Origin: Bispira polyomma
Taxonomy: Eukaryota
Length of the DNA stretch: 64,000 nucleotides
Assembly (NCBI GenBank): GCA_965649765.1
Contig: OZ287749.1
Coordinates: forward strand, 62,930,001-62,994,000
Direction of reading: 5' to 3'
A program made the translations under genes and the position numbers. Below the pieces are notes generated by a model. The model saw only the letters and a program-made list of their open reading frames with translations. It searched no databases and was not told where the DNA came from. Below, piece after piece: positions 63,107-64,000 of the stretch (within the stretch, counting starts at the first letter, position 1; each line of letters begins with the position of its first letter).

Positions 63107-64000
63107 GGTATATTGATGGTATTTGACAAACGTAAAATTTGAAGGTTATTATAAAAGTTTCCACTTTACATCCTTTATCGATTTTGTTGGTTTGATGATG
63201 AGAAAGGTCATTTATACTAAGTATGTGTATATATTAAAGTATAATCTAAAAACTGGCTTCAGAACAGTCATTGGGTGTGCAGATAAAGATTTTGAGAACC
63301 ATCACACTAGAATGCATTTAATATTTGAGGGTTTGTTTTAAGACGACTTAAATGCTACGATAGCAGTAAAAAACTCGATGTAACGGAATAGTAACCAATA
63401 TTTTGATATTATTTCTAAATAAACTTGTAGAACATCTTAGATTAATTTTCCGCCTTGCATGTAAGTATGTGTTTTTCTCTATGTCTGTAAAATAGATGCA
63501 ACTATTTAAAAGAGATACACTTTAAATGTCAAATCTATCAAAGACCTTTTTAAAGTTATTGGTAATTTATCTCGCAACACTTTAAATTTTCTAAGAAATA
63601 GAAGGTAACTCTATTAGACTATGTGTGTACATTGGAATCTCTAGTGCTATTCATTTTATCTTGACAGTTCTGAATCTTGGAAATAATAGAACCATAACTA
63701 ATGATCCCTAGTCTGAAGAGACTCTGCAGTGTAAAACTATTACAAGGCAGGATGGATCAATAAAATGAAAAAAAAGGTGTAGTTCTATAAAGTAATTAGG
63801 TCTAAACAAAATAGATGCCTTTTCATGGTTTGTGTCATGTGTCTAGATTAAAAATGTGTCTCCTTCTGACAACTACGGTAATACAAAGTGTGATATATTG
63901 CTTGTGATAGTCTAATTCTAATTACCTTGTCTTTGTAAATACTATTATTCATTTTGTACTACTTTTAAACAGCATTTGTAAGTTTTGTTTTTCTTGAGGA

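Overview
AT-rich animal (metazoan) genomic DNA, not prokaryotic. A lophotrochozoan-type invertebrate is my inference from the repeat landscape and the zinc-finger gene architecture. There is one 391-N assembly gap. Two spliced + strand genes can be rebuilt by hand with consistent intron phases. Gene 1 (coding exons 11269-11493, 18452-18610, 19350-20430, 25351-25406, 25823-29779; about 1825 aa) joins an MGACCGK myristoylation/palmitoylation-type N-terminus and a ~530-aa low-complexity adaptor-like tail (repeated PxLPxK motifs, YDVP, YVLM) to a single-exon NACHT NTPase plus WD40 module. Its first coding intron is GC-AG. Gene 2 (48404-49162, 52832-52928, 54671-55233; about 472 aa) is a C2H2/C2HC zinc-finger factor with a compact N-terminal domain, an NLS and three PxDLS-like CtBP motifs; its middle exon is absent from the ORF track. 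The rest is a dense transposon landscape: tRNA-derived SINEs with TSDs, L2-type LINE fragments, two Helentron-associated (HINE/DINE-1-like) elements with internal satellite arrays, PIF/Harbinger, Tc1/pogo and TTAA-target MITEs, a decayed Harbinger transposase, and a decayed NADAR (YbiA-like) domain preceded by a segment resembling a LINE ORF1 C-terminus. The best candidates for novelty are the membrane-anchored adaptor-NACHT-WD40 fusion and the possibly retroelement-borne NADAR. All family calls come from motif recognition by eye; no searches were run.
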